Part shown: positions 19,132 to 27,680 of the stretch, in pieces
How the letters are laid out: the number at the start of each line of letters is the position of its first letter
Numbering within the stretch: the stretch's first letter is position 1
Assembly (NCBI GenBank): GCA_036263155.1
Contig: DATAHN010000110.1
Span: 520 to 64,519 of the forward strand
Direction of reading: 5' to 3'
DNA length: 64,000 nucleotides
DNA from: Gammaproteobacteria bacterium
GTDB taxonomy: Bacteria > Pseudomonadota > Gammaproteobacteria > Natronospirales > REEB76
Translations under genes and position numbers: made by a program
The notes under the pieces: generated by a model
What the model saw: the letters and a program-made list of their open reading frames with translations, nothing else
Told to the model about the DNA's origin: nothing
Databases searched by the model: none

Positions 19132-19736
19132 AGCCGCGCGAGCTGGCGATCCTGCCAGCGAGACAGCAGCAGGAGGCTCAAGGCGGCGCCCACCGTCGCG
19201 GTGAGCATGTCCCATTGGGTATCCCACACGTCGCCCTGGGTCGCGAGGAAGGCGTCCGCCGCCGTGCCGCTCGCCTCCGCCACCGCCCACTCCAGGAGCT
19301 CGTAGCAGGCGCTGACGGCGATGCAGAAACACATCACCGTGAACACCAGCCAGCCGCCCCGTTTGAGCGGTGAGCGGCGCAGCAGCACTTCCCGCGCGAG
19401 CATGGCCGGTACGAAGCCCTGGGCGAAGTGGCCGACGCGGTCGAAGTCGTTGCGGGCGAAGCCCCAGTGCTGGTCCCGCAGCCAGCTGAACAGCGGCACT
19501 TCGGCGTAGGTGTAGTGGCCGCCCACCATCAGGATGCAGGCATGCAGAAGCACCAGCGTGTAGCACAGGGTGGTGAAGCGGAAGCGCGGGTAGAGCGCGA
19601 CCAGCACCGGCACACCGATCATCATCGGGAATGTCTCCAGCACCCAGGTGAAGTAGTCGTGGGGCCGGATCCCGGACCAGAGGAAGACCGCGGCACAGGC
19701 CGCGAGCAAAGCTACATGCGCACGCCGCGGCTTCAT
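19128..19736 (-). CDS. YjdF/DUF2238-family inner membrane protein
   Basis: 202 aa after trimming the 345-aa track ORF to MKPRRAH (ATGA overlap with the upstream stop). Multi-TM, with GHFAQGFVPA and CYELLEW blocks typical of DUF2238. Confidence 0.75.
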   Translation of the reverse strand: MKPRRAHVALLAACAAVFLWSGIRPHDYFTWVLETFPMMIGVPVLVALYPRFRFTTLCYTLVLLHACILMVGGHYTYAEVPLFSWLRDQHWGFARNDFDRVGHFAQGFVPAMLAREVLLRRSPLKRGGWLVFTVMCFCIAVSACYELLEWAVAEASGTAADAFLATQGDVWDTQWDMLTATVGAALSLLLLSRWQDRQLARL

Positions 19737-20224
19737 GGCGCGGGCGGTACCGGGACGTCCGCCGGCGGCCGGGTCCATATCTCGGTACGGCCGAACAGCG
19801 AGATACCCACGTAGCCGCGCACCTTGAGGCTGCCGTCCATCATCAGCGTCATCTTGCAGCTGTAGAGCTTGCCGCTCTCCGGGTCGTAGATCTTGCCGTC
19901 CGCCCACACGTTGTCGCCGGCGTACTTGAAGCCCTGGATTAGGGGCAGGCCGATAATGGGCCGCGACTGCAGCGCCTTGTCCGGATTCTCGCGGTCCACC
20001 TTGGACTGGCCCGGCATGGTCTTGTCGTCCGCCGGGTAATCCGGCTCCTTCAGCCACACGATGCGCCCGTCGTAGACGCCGTCGTGCTTCTCGATCGACA
20101 CCTTGGCCTTGCCGTCGGCCGTGAGCCAGCTGCCCAGCACCGCGTCGGCATCGTCCGCCGCCCACACGGGCACGGCGAGGGAGACGGACAGCAGGAAGAG
20201 GAACAAGGGCCGGATCAGGCGCAT
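19733..20224 (-). CDS. DUF2147-like secreted protein
   Basis: Signal peptide MRLIRPLFLFLLSVSLAVPVWA. GGAG 6 nt upstream of the ATG at 20224. Blocks GSWLTADGKAKVSI and GKIYDPESGKLYSCKM fit DUF2147. Confidence 0.75.
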   Translation of the reverse strand: MRLIRPLFLFLLSVSLAVPVWAADDADAVLGSWLTADGKAKVSIEKHDGVYDGRIVWLKEPDYPADDKTMPGQSKVDRENPDKALQSRPIIGLPLIQGFKYAGDNVWADGKIYDPESGKLYSCKMTLMMDGSLKVRGYVGISLFGRTEIWTRPPADVPVPPAP

Positions 20225-20295
20225 GGCGATCTCCAGGGTTTTTCGGTGAACGGCAGGGTCAGGCCAGCAGGAAGCCGTGGCGGTCCACGGCGCCC

Positions 20296-20841
20296 TCACT
20301 GCACCCGCGTCACGAACACGGTGGCCCCGTGGCCGGTGAGCGACAGGAGGTAGCCGAAGCTCATGCGCTTGATCACCACCGGCGGGTTCTCGAGGCGGGT
20401 CTCGTAGTAGCTGCCGTCCGCCTGCTTCCAGACCTGGCCGTTCTCAAGCTTGAACAGGGTGCGGCCGTTCCAGCCGGTGAAGGTGCCGACGATGCGGCTC
20501 TCGATGCGCGCGGGCTCGCCGCGCTGCTCCGACGAGAGCATCTCCTTGCCGAAACTCCCGGTGCTGGCGGCGGCCGGGGCCGGCGTCGGAGCCGCGGGTG
20601 AGGCCGGCATCGGCGCGGCCATTGCCGCGGGCGCGTTCGCCGTGGTGGCCGAGGGCGCGTGCGTGTAGCCCGCGAGCCAGGCGTTGAACGCGGCGAGCTC
20701 CTGGGGTGAGAGCTTGTCGAGGCCGGTGGCGTGGAACTGGGAAGCGGTCATCACATCGCGCACGTCCCTGGGTTTGTCCGCTGCCTGCACGGTGCCGAAG
20801 GCGAGGAGCGCGAGCAGGAACGCGAGGGTCTTCGGTCTCAT
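20296..20841 (-). CDS. Secreted hypothetical protein
   Basis: Signal peptide MRPKTLAFLLALLAFGTVQA. Ala/Pro-rich linker, then a beta-rich C-terminal domain. Start overlaps the upstream stop by 1 nt (TGATG). Confidence 0.7.
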   Translation of the reverse strand: MRPKTLAFLLALLAFGTVQAADKPRDVRDVMTASQFHATGLDKLSPQELAAFNAWLAGYTHAPSATTANAPAAMAAPMPASPAAPTPAPAAASTGSFGKEMLSSEQRGEPARIESRIVGTFTGWNGRTLFKLENGQVWKQADGSYYETRLENPPVVIKRMSFGYLLSLTGHGATVFVTRVQ

Positions 20842-21794
20842 CACAGGCTCCACTTGAGGTTATCCAGGTCCACGTTGCCCCCGCTCAGGATGATACCAGC
20901 CCGCCGGCCGCGCACCGGCACCAGGCCCCGGCGCAGGGCCGCCACCGGCACCGCCGAGGAGGGTTCGATGACGAGCTTCATGCGTTCCCACACGTAGCGC
21001 ATGGCCTCCAGGATGTCCTGCTCCTTCACCCGCACCACCTCGTCCACCGTGTCCCGCAGCACCGCGAAGGTGAGCGGTCCGATGGTGGCGCGCAGGCCGT
21101 CGGCGATGGTGTCCGGGTGCGGCACGGGCACGATGTGGCCGGCCTGGAGCGAGCGCCAGGCGTCGTCTGCGCCCAGGGGTTCGGTGCCGACGATCCTCGC
21201 GCCGGGGCGCAGCGCACGGGTGGCCACGGCAGTGCCGGAGAGGAGGCCGCCGCCGCCGAGGGGGGCCAGCACCAGGTCCAGCCCCGGCACTTCCTCGTGC
21301 AGCTCCAGCGCGGCGGTGCCCTGCCCCGCCATCACCGTGGCATCGTTATAGGGGTGCACCACCGTGGCGCCGGTGGCGTCCACGTAGCGCTTGAGCGCCG
21401 CCTCGCGGCCGGCCTGGGTGGGCTCGCAGTAGATGATCTCGGCGCCGTAGGCCGCCACCGCCCGCTTCTTGTAGGCGCTGGCGTTGTCCGGCATCACCAC
21501 ACAGCACTTCACGCCGCGGCGCTTCGCCGCCAGCGCGAGCGCGGTGCCGTGGTTGCCGGAGGAATGGGTGGCGACGCCCCGCGCCAGCGCACCCGCCGGC
21601 AGGCTCAGCACCGCGTTGCTGGCGCCGCGCAGCTTGAACGCCCCCATCTCCTGGAAGTTCTCGCACTTGAAGTGCAGCTCGGCGCTGAGCTCGGCCTCGA
21701 GCTCCGGGCAGCGCAGCACCGGCGTGCGACGCACCTGCGGCGCGATGCGCGCGGCGGCGGAGCGGATGTCGTCGAACCTCAGGATGTCCTGCAT
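20841..21794 (-). CDS. PLP-dependent threonine/serine ammonia-lyase or racemase family enzyme (fold type II)
   Basis: PLP-lysine motif FKCENFQEMGAFKLRGA, HSSGNHG and glycine-rich GGGGLLSG. Start placed at MQDILRF (21794). Confidence 0.88.
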   Translation of the reverse strand: MQDILRFDDIRSAAARIAPQVRRTPVLRCPELEAELSAELHFKCENFQEMGAFKLRGASNAVLSLPAGALARGVATHSSGNHGTALALAAKRRGVKCCVVMPDNASAYKKRAVAAYGAEIIYCEPTQAGREAALKRYVDATGATVVHPYNDATVMAGQGTAALELHEEVPGLDLVLAPLGGGGLLSGTAVATRALRPGARIVGTEPLGADDAWRSLQAGHIVPVPHPDTIADGLRATIGPLTFAVLRDTVDEVVRVKEQDILEAMRYVWERMKLVIEPSSAVPVAALRRGLVPVRGRRAGIILSGGNVDLDNLKWSL

Positions 21795-21862
21795 GCAGGC
21801 TTCCGCGTGGGTAAGGCCCGGGGGATAATACCCGACCGCGCCCGGGACGCCCATCCGACCAT

Positions 21863-22798
21863 GTGCGAACGACAGCCGTGAACCTGCCTGCGCCCCCCGG
21901 CGACCATCCGGCCCGCGGCGCCGTCTGCATCATCGGTGCGGCGATCGCCTTCTCCACCATGGCGGCCCTCATCCGCCACCTCTCGGGCCACATCCCCGAC
22001 GGCGTGCTGGTGTTCTGGCGCAGCCTGTTCTCCCTGGTGTTCCTCACCCCGCTCCTGTTGAGGCTCTCCTGGACGCATCTCAAGAGCGAGCGCATGCACC
22101 TGCATGTGGTGCGCGCGGTCTCGGGCCTGCTCTCCATGTACTGTCTGTTCTTCGCTCTCGGGCACCTGCCCATCGCCGAGGCCATGCTGCTCAACCAGAC
22201 CGCCACGCTGTTCGTGCCGTTCCTGGGACTCCTGTGGCTGCACGAGCCGGTGGCGCCGAAGGTGCGCTGGGCCATCCTGATCGGTTTCGCCGGCGTGCTG
22301 CTGGTGCTGCCGCCGGGACGCGGCATCGTGTCCTGGGCGGCGCTGGTGGGTCTGGCCTCCGGCTTCACAGCCGCGTTCTCGGTGGTGACGGTGCGCTACT
22401 CTTCCCGCACCGAGCCCACGACCCGCATCGTGTTCTACTTCTGCCTCTACGCGATGCTGGGTTCGGCGCTGCCGCTGCCATGGATCTGGGTGACACCCGC
22501 GCTGGGCGAGTGGCCGCTGCTGGTGGTGATCGGCGCACTGGCGGCGCTCGGCCAACTGTTGATGACACGCGGCTACGCGTACGCGCCCGCCGCGCAGGTG
22601 GGGCCGTTCGGTTACAGCACCATCGTGTTCAGCGTGATGGCGGGCTGGCTCGTATGGGGGGAGACGCCGCGCCTCCTGTTCTGGTGTGGGGCGGCGCTGA
22701 TAGCGCTGGGCGGCATCACCGCCCTGCGCGGTGAGCTCTTTGGGATCAGGCCGGCGGGCCGAACTCCGGGCGGAACAGGCGCTCGCGATAGTGCCTGA
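21863..22798 (+). CDS. EamA/DMT-family transporter
   Basis: 311 aa, about 10 TM segments, duplicated EamA-like halves. GTG start is uncertain (alternative at 21878). Confidence 0.8.
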   Translation: MRTTAVNLPAPPGDHPARGAVCIIGAAIAFSTMAALIRHLSGHIPDGVLVFWRSLFSLVFLTPLLLRLSWTHLKSERMHLHVVRAVSGLLSMYCLFFALGHLPIAEAMLLNQTATLFVPFLGLLWLHEPVAPKVRWAILIGFAGVLLVLPPGRGIVSWAALVGLASGFTAAFSVVTVRYSSRTEPTTRIVFYFCLYAMLGSALPLPWIWVTPALGEWPLLVVIGALAALGQLLMTRGYAYAPAAQVGPFGYSTIVFSVMAGWLVWGETPRLLFWCGAALIALGGITALRGELFGIRPAGRTPGGTGARDSA

Positions 22799-23309
22799 GC
22801 TCGGCCACCGAGTCCCGGATGTCGTCCAGGGCGAGGTGGGTGCTGCTCTTGGTGAGACCGGCTGCGGCGCCCGGCGCCCAGCGCTTGGCCAGCTCCTTGA
22901 GCGTGCTCACGTCCAGGTTGCGGTAATGGAAGAAGCGCTCCAGCTCCGGCATCTCACGCGCCAGGAAGCGCCGGTCCTGGCAGATGCTGTTGCCGCACAT
23001 GGGCGAGGCGTTGGGCGGCACGTGCCGCCGCAGGAATTCCAGGGTCGCGCGCTCCGCCTCCGCCATGGAGACCTGGCTCTGGCGTACCCGCTCCGTGAGG
23101 CCGGACTGGCCGTGCTGGCGCGTGCACCACTCGCCCATGGCCGCCAGCACCGCGTCGGGCTGGTGCACCGCGAGGGACGGACCTTCCGCCAGCAGGTTGA
23201 GCTGCTTGTCTGTGACCAGCGTGGCGATCTCGAGGATGTGGTCGGCGGCGGGGTCGAGCCCAGTCATCTCCAGGTCGATCCAGATGAGGTTATCAGCGTC
23301 CAGCGCCAT
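22746..23309 (-). CDS. orn: Oligoribonuclease
   Basis: N-terminal [14 protein letters not shown] and DEDDh exonuclease motifs. 187 aa. Confidence 0.95.
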   Translation of the reverse strand: MALDADNLIWIDLEMTGLDPAADHILEIATLVTDKQLNLLAEGPSLAVHQPDAVLAAMGEWCTRQHGQSGLTERVRQSQVSMAEAERATLEFLRRHVPPNASPMCGNSICQDRRFLAREMPELERFFHYRNLDVSTLKELAKRWAPGAAAGLTKSSTHLALDDIRDSVAELRHYRERLFRPEFGPPA

Positions 23310-23402
23310 GATCTTCCGGCTTGCGGTGTTGCGATGCGCTTAGTCTAGCGCGCCCGCCGCCGCCGTGCCCACTCACCGCTGGCTTGGCATAAAATAGCGC
23401 GC

Positions 23403-24650
23403 ATGAACGCGCTCACGCTGGCTTTCGTGCTCGCCCTCGCCGCATCGCTGCTGCTGCGCATGTGGCTCAGCCTGCGCCAGACCCGGTACGTGCTCGCGCA
23501 CCGCGACGCGGTGCCGGCGCCCTTCGCCGCCGATATCGGCCTCGCCGCGCACCGCAAGGCCGCTGACTACACTGCCGCCAAGGGCCGGCTCGCCCGCATC
23601 GGCCTCACGCTGGATACCCTGGTGGTGCTGGTATGGACCTTAGGGGGAGGCCTCGCCGCACTGGACGACGCCTGGCGCGGCCTCGAGCTCGGCCCGCTCC
23701 ACACCGGCGTGCTGGTGGTAGCGAGTTTCGTGCTGGTGAACGGCCTCATCGGCCTGCCCTTGAGCCTCTACTCCACTTTCGGCCTGGAGGCGGACTTCGG
23801 CTTCAACCGCACCACGCCGCGCACCTACGTGATGGACCTCCTCAAGGCGCTGCTGCTTGCGGTGCTGCTCGGCCTGCCCCTGCTGTACGCCGCGCTGGCG
23901 CTGATGCACGGCGCCGGCGCGAGCTGGTGGCTGTACGTGTGGGCGCTGTGGTTTGGCTTCAGCCTGGTGCTCACTTGGGCTTACCCGAAGTTCATCGCGC
24001 CGCTCTTCAACAAGTTCTCGCCCCTCGCCGACGCGGAACTCAAGGCGCGGCTCGAGGATCTCCTGGCACGCTGCGGCTTCACCAGCCAGGGCGTGTTCGT
24101 GATGGATGGCTCCACGCGGTCGGCCCACGGCAACGCGTACTTCACCGGTTTCGGCGCCAACAAGCGCATCGTGTTCTTCGACACCCTCATGGCGACCCTG
24201 CAGCCGGAGGAGATCGAGGCGGTGCTGGCCCACGAGCTTGGCCACTTCCGCCTGCGCCACGTGCTGCAGCGGCTGGTGCTGAGCGCGGTGCTGGCCCTCC
24301 TCGGTCTCGCGCTCCTGGGCTGGCTCTCGCGCCAGGACGGTTTCTACACGGGCCTCGGCGTGGCGGCACCCTCCTCCTACGCGGCATTGCTGCTTTTCAT
24401 GCTGCTCTTGCCGCCGTTCCTGCTGGTGCTGGAGCCTTTCGCTTCCGCCTGGTCGCGCCGCCACGAGTTCGAGGCGGACGCCTACGCACGCAAGCAGGCC
24501 GACGGCGCCGCGCTGGTGCGGGCGCTGGTCAAGCTGTACCGGGACAACGCCTCCACCCTCACGCCGGACCCGCTGCATTCGGCGTTCTACGATTCCCACC
24601 CGCCCGCCTTGAGCCGCATCGCGCGCCTGCAAGCCCCTGGAGCGGACTGA
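23403..24650 (+). CDS. M48-family (Ste24-like) integral membrane zinc metallopeptidase
   Basis: 415 aa, multiple TM segments, HELGHFRLRH zinc motif, C-terminal SHPPALSRI. Confidence 0.9.
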   Translation: MNALTLAFVLALAASLLLRMWLSLRQTRYVLAHRDAVPAPFAADIGLAAHRKAADYTAAKGRLARIGLTLDTLVVLVWTLGGGLAALDDAWRGLELGPLHTGVLVVASFVLVNGLIGLPLSLYSTFGLEADFGFNRTTPRTYVMDLLKALLLAVLLGLPLLYAALALMHGAGASWWLYVWALWFGFSLVLTWAYPKFIAPLFNKFSPLADAELKARLEDLLARCGFTSQGVFVMDGSTRSAHGNAYFTGFGANKRIVFFDTLMATLQPEEIEAVLAHELGHFRLRHVLQRLVLSAVLALLGLALLGWLSRQDGFYTGLGVAAPSSYAALLLFMLLLPPFLLVLEPFASAWSRRHEFEADAYARKQADGAALVRALVKLYRDNASTLTPDPLHSAFYDSHPPALSRIARLQAPGAD

Positions 24651-24651
24651 G

Positions 24652-25563
24652 GTGGGGGACGCCCGCAACGCGCGCGTGGTGGCAGGCCACGGCCGCCGCT
24701 TCGTGGTGGAGACCACCGATGGCGCACGCTTCACCTGCCTCACCGCGGGCCGGGGCCTGCAGGTGATCTGCGGCGACCGGGTGGAGATCGACGGGACCGA
24801 TGCTGCGGAGCCGCGCATCCTGGCGATCCAGCCGCGCCGCTCCCTGTTCAGCAAGGCGGATGGCCGCGGCCGGGCGGTGCCGGCGGTGGCCAACCTGGAC
24901 CGGGTCTTCATGGTGCTGGCGCCGATACCCGCGCCTGAGCTCTTCCTCATGGACAAATACCTCGCCGCCATCGAGGGCATGCGCATCGCGGCGGGCATCG
25001 TGCTCAACAAGATGGACTTGGTGGACGAGGAAGACGACGGCGGCTTGAGCCGGCGCCTCGCCTATCTCGGCGGACTCGGTTATCCCGTGTACAAGCTGAG
25101 CACCCGCGACGGGCTGGGCCTGGAGGCCTTGGCCACGGCGTCCCGGGGGCACGACAGCATGCTGGTAGGCCAGTCCGGCGTGGGCAAGTCCTCGCTCCTG
25201 AACGCACTGGTGCCGGAAGCCGGGCACCGCATCGACGAGCTCTCCGCCGCCACCGACGAGGGCCGCCACACTACCACTTCTACCACCCTGCACCCCCTGC
25301 CCGGCGGCGGCGCGCTGGTGGATTCTCCCGGCGTGCGCGACCTGGAACTCAGCGTGCGTGATCCCGGCGAGATCGGTCCGCTGTTCAGGGACATCCGCGC
25401 CGTGGCGCCGCACTGCCGCTTCGCAAACTGCCTGCATCTGCAGGAGCCGGGCTGCGCCGTGAAGGAATCCGTGGAAGCCGGGACCATCCTGCAGAGCCGC
25501 TACACCAGCTATAAGTGGCTGATGACGACGATGCAACAAGCCAAAGATAGAAAATACGACTAG
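24652..25563 (+). CDS. rsgA: Ribosome small-subunit-dependent GTPase A
   Basis: Circularly permuted GTPase motifs (NKMDL .. GQSGVGKSSLLNAL) and a C-terminal Cys cluster (CRFANCLHLQEPGC). GTG start 1 nt after the upstream stop. Confidence 0.93.
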   Translation: MGDARNARVVAGHGRRFVVETTDGARFTCLTAGRGLQVICGDRVEIDGTDAAEPRILAIQPRRSLFSKADGRGRAVPAVANLDRVFMVLAPIPAPELFLMDKYLAAIEGMRIAAGIVLNKMDLVDEEDDGGLSRRLAYLGGLGYPVYKLSTRDGLGLEALATASRGHDSMLVGQSGVGKSSLLNALVPEAGHRIDELSAATDEGRHTTTSTTLHPLPGGGALVDSPGVRDLELSVRDPGEIGPLFRDIRAVAPHCRFANCLHLQEPGCAVKESVEAGTILQSRYTSYKWLMTTMQQAKDRKYD

Positions 25564-25904
25564 CCGAAAGGCGTGACGAGCTTTTTCCCGCCGAGAAGAT
25601 GGACGTGTATATGGAACACCGTTTGACCTGCGTCCGCGTTGCAGTTGTTCACCGTACGATAACCCGATAACGCGATGCCCTCCTGGCGCGCGATCTTCTG
25701 CGCGGCCAGCAGCAATTTACCCAGCAACTCGGCGTCCTCCGGCTTCGCCGCATCCAGGCTCGCGATGTGCCGGCGCGGCACGATCAGCACGTGGGTGGGT
25801 GCCTGGGGTGCGATGTCGCGGAACGCGATCAGGTCCGCGTCCTCGTGCACCATGTCGGGCTTGATCTCGCCGGCGACCATCTTGCAGAACAGGCAGTCCT
25901 TCAC
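25560..25904 (-). CDS. HIT-family (histidine triad) nucleotide-binding protein
   Basis: 114 aa. HIHVHLLGG triad. GTG start preceded by GAGGAGGGAG. Trimmed from a 197-aa track ORF. Confidence 0.9.
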   Translation of the reverse strand: MKDCLFCKMVAGEIKPDMVHEDADLIAFRDIAPQAPTHVLIVPRRHIASLDAAKPEDAELLGKLLLAAQKIARQEGIALSGYRTVNNCNADAGQTVFHIHVHLLGGKKLVTPFG

Positions 25905-25914
25905 CGCTCCCTCC

Positions 25915-26727
25915 TCAACCCGGCACCGCGAAGATGTCGAAGTGCTCCCAGTCCATGAGCATGGACTCGCGCAGGCGCGTGCCGCGGTAGTTCTTCTCGT
26001 CCTCGAACTTGTACGGCGTGTAGCCCATCTCCAGCAGCTCGCGGAAGTAGGCGCGGCGCGCCTCCTCCGGCAGGTGCTTGTAGACCTCGGTGCGAAGATA
26101 GGGCCGGTTCGCCGCCACCAGCGTCCGCAACGAGCGCACGATGGCCGGATCATGGCCTTCCGCGTCGATCTTGAGGTAGCGGATGCGCCTGAGCTCCTGC
26201 GGGTACTCGCGCTCGAGGAAGCTCAGCAGGTTGCGCCCCTGCACCTTGAGCTTGAAGAAGTGGCCGTGCCGCCAGGGGCTGATGCCCTGATGCAATCCGC
26301 CGTTGCTGAAGCCGGGGTCGGAGTACTCGAACTCGTACTCGCCGTCCACGTCGGTGGCGGCGAACATGAGCGGGAAGATGCGCGCCTTGCCGGGGTTCAG
26401 TGCGGCGTTCGCCGCCAGCACCTTGAACACATGGGGGTTCGGTTCCAGCGCGAACACGCCCCCCTCGGCCCCCACCGCCAGCGCCATGGGCAGCGTGGTG
26501 TCGCCGGAATGGGCGCCGATGTCCACCGCGTAGTCGCCGGGCTTCAGGAACTCCCGCAGCACGTCCACGTAGTCCTGGTCGAAGCGCTTGGGGGATTCCT
26601 TGGGATGGTCCCAGGAGGCGTACTGCACCCTGCCCTCGCGCGCGAGGTCGAAGTCCTGCAGCGTATAGCCGTATTCCCGCGGGGCGGGCTTCAGCCTGAA
26701 ACCGTAGAGGACTTCCTTGAGCTTCAT
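25915..26727 (-). CDS. FkbM-family methyltransferase
   Basis: 270 aa. SAM-binding-like VDIGAHSGDTTL and KIDAEGHD blocks. Start overlaps the recR stop by 1 nt (TGATG). Trimmed from a 414-aa track ORF. Confidence 0.8.
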   Translation of the reverse strand: MKLKEVLYGFRLKPAPREYGYTLQDFDLAREGRVQYASWDHPKESPKRFDQDYVDVLREFLKPGDYAVDIGAHSGDTTLPMALAVGAEGGVFALEPNPHVFKVLAANAALNPGKARIFPLMFAATDVDGEYEFEYSDPGFSNGGLHQGISPWRHGHFFKLKVQGRNLLSFLEREYPQELRRIRYLKIDAEGHDPAIVRSLRTLVAANRPYLRTEVYKHLPEEARRAYFRELLEMGYTPYKFEDEKNYRGTRLRESMLMDWEHFDIFAVPG

Positions 26728-27326
26728 CAGCGCACTTCCTGGCGCCCGCTGAAGGCGTGGGAGAGCGTGCCGCCGTCGATGTATTCCAGTTCGCCGCCGA
26801 TGGGCACGCCGTGGGCGATGCGGGTAGCGCGGATGCCGCGCCGCTGCGCGAGCTCGGCGAGATAGTGGGCGGTGGCTTCGCCCTCCACCGTGGGGTTGGT
26901 GGCGAGGATGAGCTCGCCGATGCCGCCCTCGTCCAGGCGCTTCTCCAGGAGGCCGAGGCCGAGTTCCTCCGGCCCGATGCCGTCCAGGGGCGAGAGGTGG
27001 CCCATGAGCACGAAGTACTGGCCGCGGAAGCCGGTGGCGGCCTCCAGCGCGCTCACGTCCGCCGGCGTCTCCACCACGCAGACCACCGCGGCGTCGCGCT
27101 TGGCGCTGGCGCAGATATCGCAGAGCTTCGCCTCGGTGAAATTGCGGCAGCGCTCGCAATGGCCGATGCCCTGCATCGCGGCCTGCAGCGCCTGGGCCAG
27201 CGCCAGCGCGCCCGGCCGGTTGCGCTCCAGGAGGTGGAACGCCATGCGCTGGGCGGACTTGGGTCCCACGCCCGGCAGGGAGCGCAGCGCCTCCACCAGC
27301 TTCTGCAGTAAGGGGGAATAGGCCAT
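26727..27326 (-). CDS. recR: Recombination protein RecR
   Basis: [17 protein letters not shown] helix-hairpin-helix, C4 zinc finger (CERCRNF..CDIC), Toprim domain. Start at MAYSPLL. Confidence 0.95.
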   Translation of the reverse strand: MAYSPLLQKLVEALRSLPGVGPKSAQRMAFHLLERNRPGALALAQALQAAMQGIGHCERCRNFTEAKLCDICASAKRDAAVVCVVETPADVSALEAATGFRGQYFVLMGHLSPLDGIGPEELGLGLLEKRLDEGGIGELILATNPTVEGEATAHYLAELAQRRGIRATRIAHGVPIGGELEYIDGGTLSHAFSGRQEVR

Positions 27327-27327
27327 G

Positions 27328-27648
27328 TCAGAAGGGCAGCTTGAGTCCGGCGGGAAGGCCAAGGTTCGAGAAGCGCTCGCGCATGGCCTCCTCCACCTTG
27401 GAAGCGGCGTCGTTGCAGGCCACGGTGACGAGATCCTCCAGCATCTCGGCGTCGCCGCCCAGGAGCTCGGGGGCGATCTGTACCCGCCGCACCACGTGCT
27501 TGCCGGTCATGGTGACCGTCACCTTGCCGCCGCCGGCTTGCCCCAAGACCTCGAGCCGCTCCAGTTCCTCCTGGGCGCGGCGCATGTTCTCCTGCAGCTG
27601 CTGCGCCTGCTTCATCATGTTGCCCAGGCCACCACGCATGCTCATCAC
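27328..27648 (-). CDS. ybaB: YbaB/EbfC nucleoid-associated protein
   Basis: 106 aa. [23 protein letters not shown] is typical of the family. Located between dnaX and recR. Confidence 0.93.
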   Translation of the reverse strand: MMSMRGGLGNMMKQAQQLQENMRRAQEELERLEVLGQAGGGKVTVTMTGKHVVRRVQIAPELLGGDAEMLEDLVTVACNDAASKVEEAMRERFSNLGLPAGLKLPF

Positions 27649-27680
27649 TCCATATATATAGGTGGAAATCGCCGCCGGAC

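Noticed and set aside
20706-21881. 391-aa plus-strand ORF opposite the PLP-dependent lyase gene. Similar cases occur at 29883..31328 opposite dapA and 45744..47291 opposite tolB.
   Set aside because: These are antisense to confidently identified genes. The translations are Arg/Gly/Ala/His-rich with no motifs.
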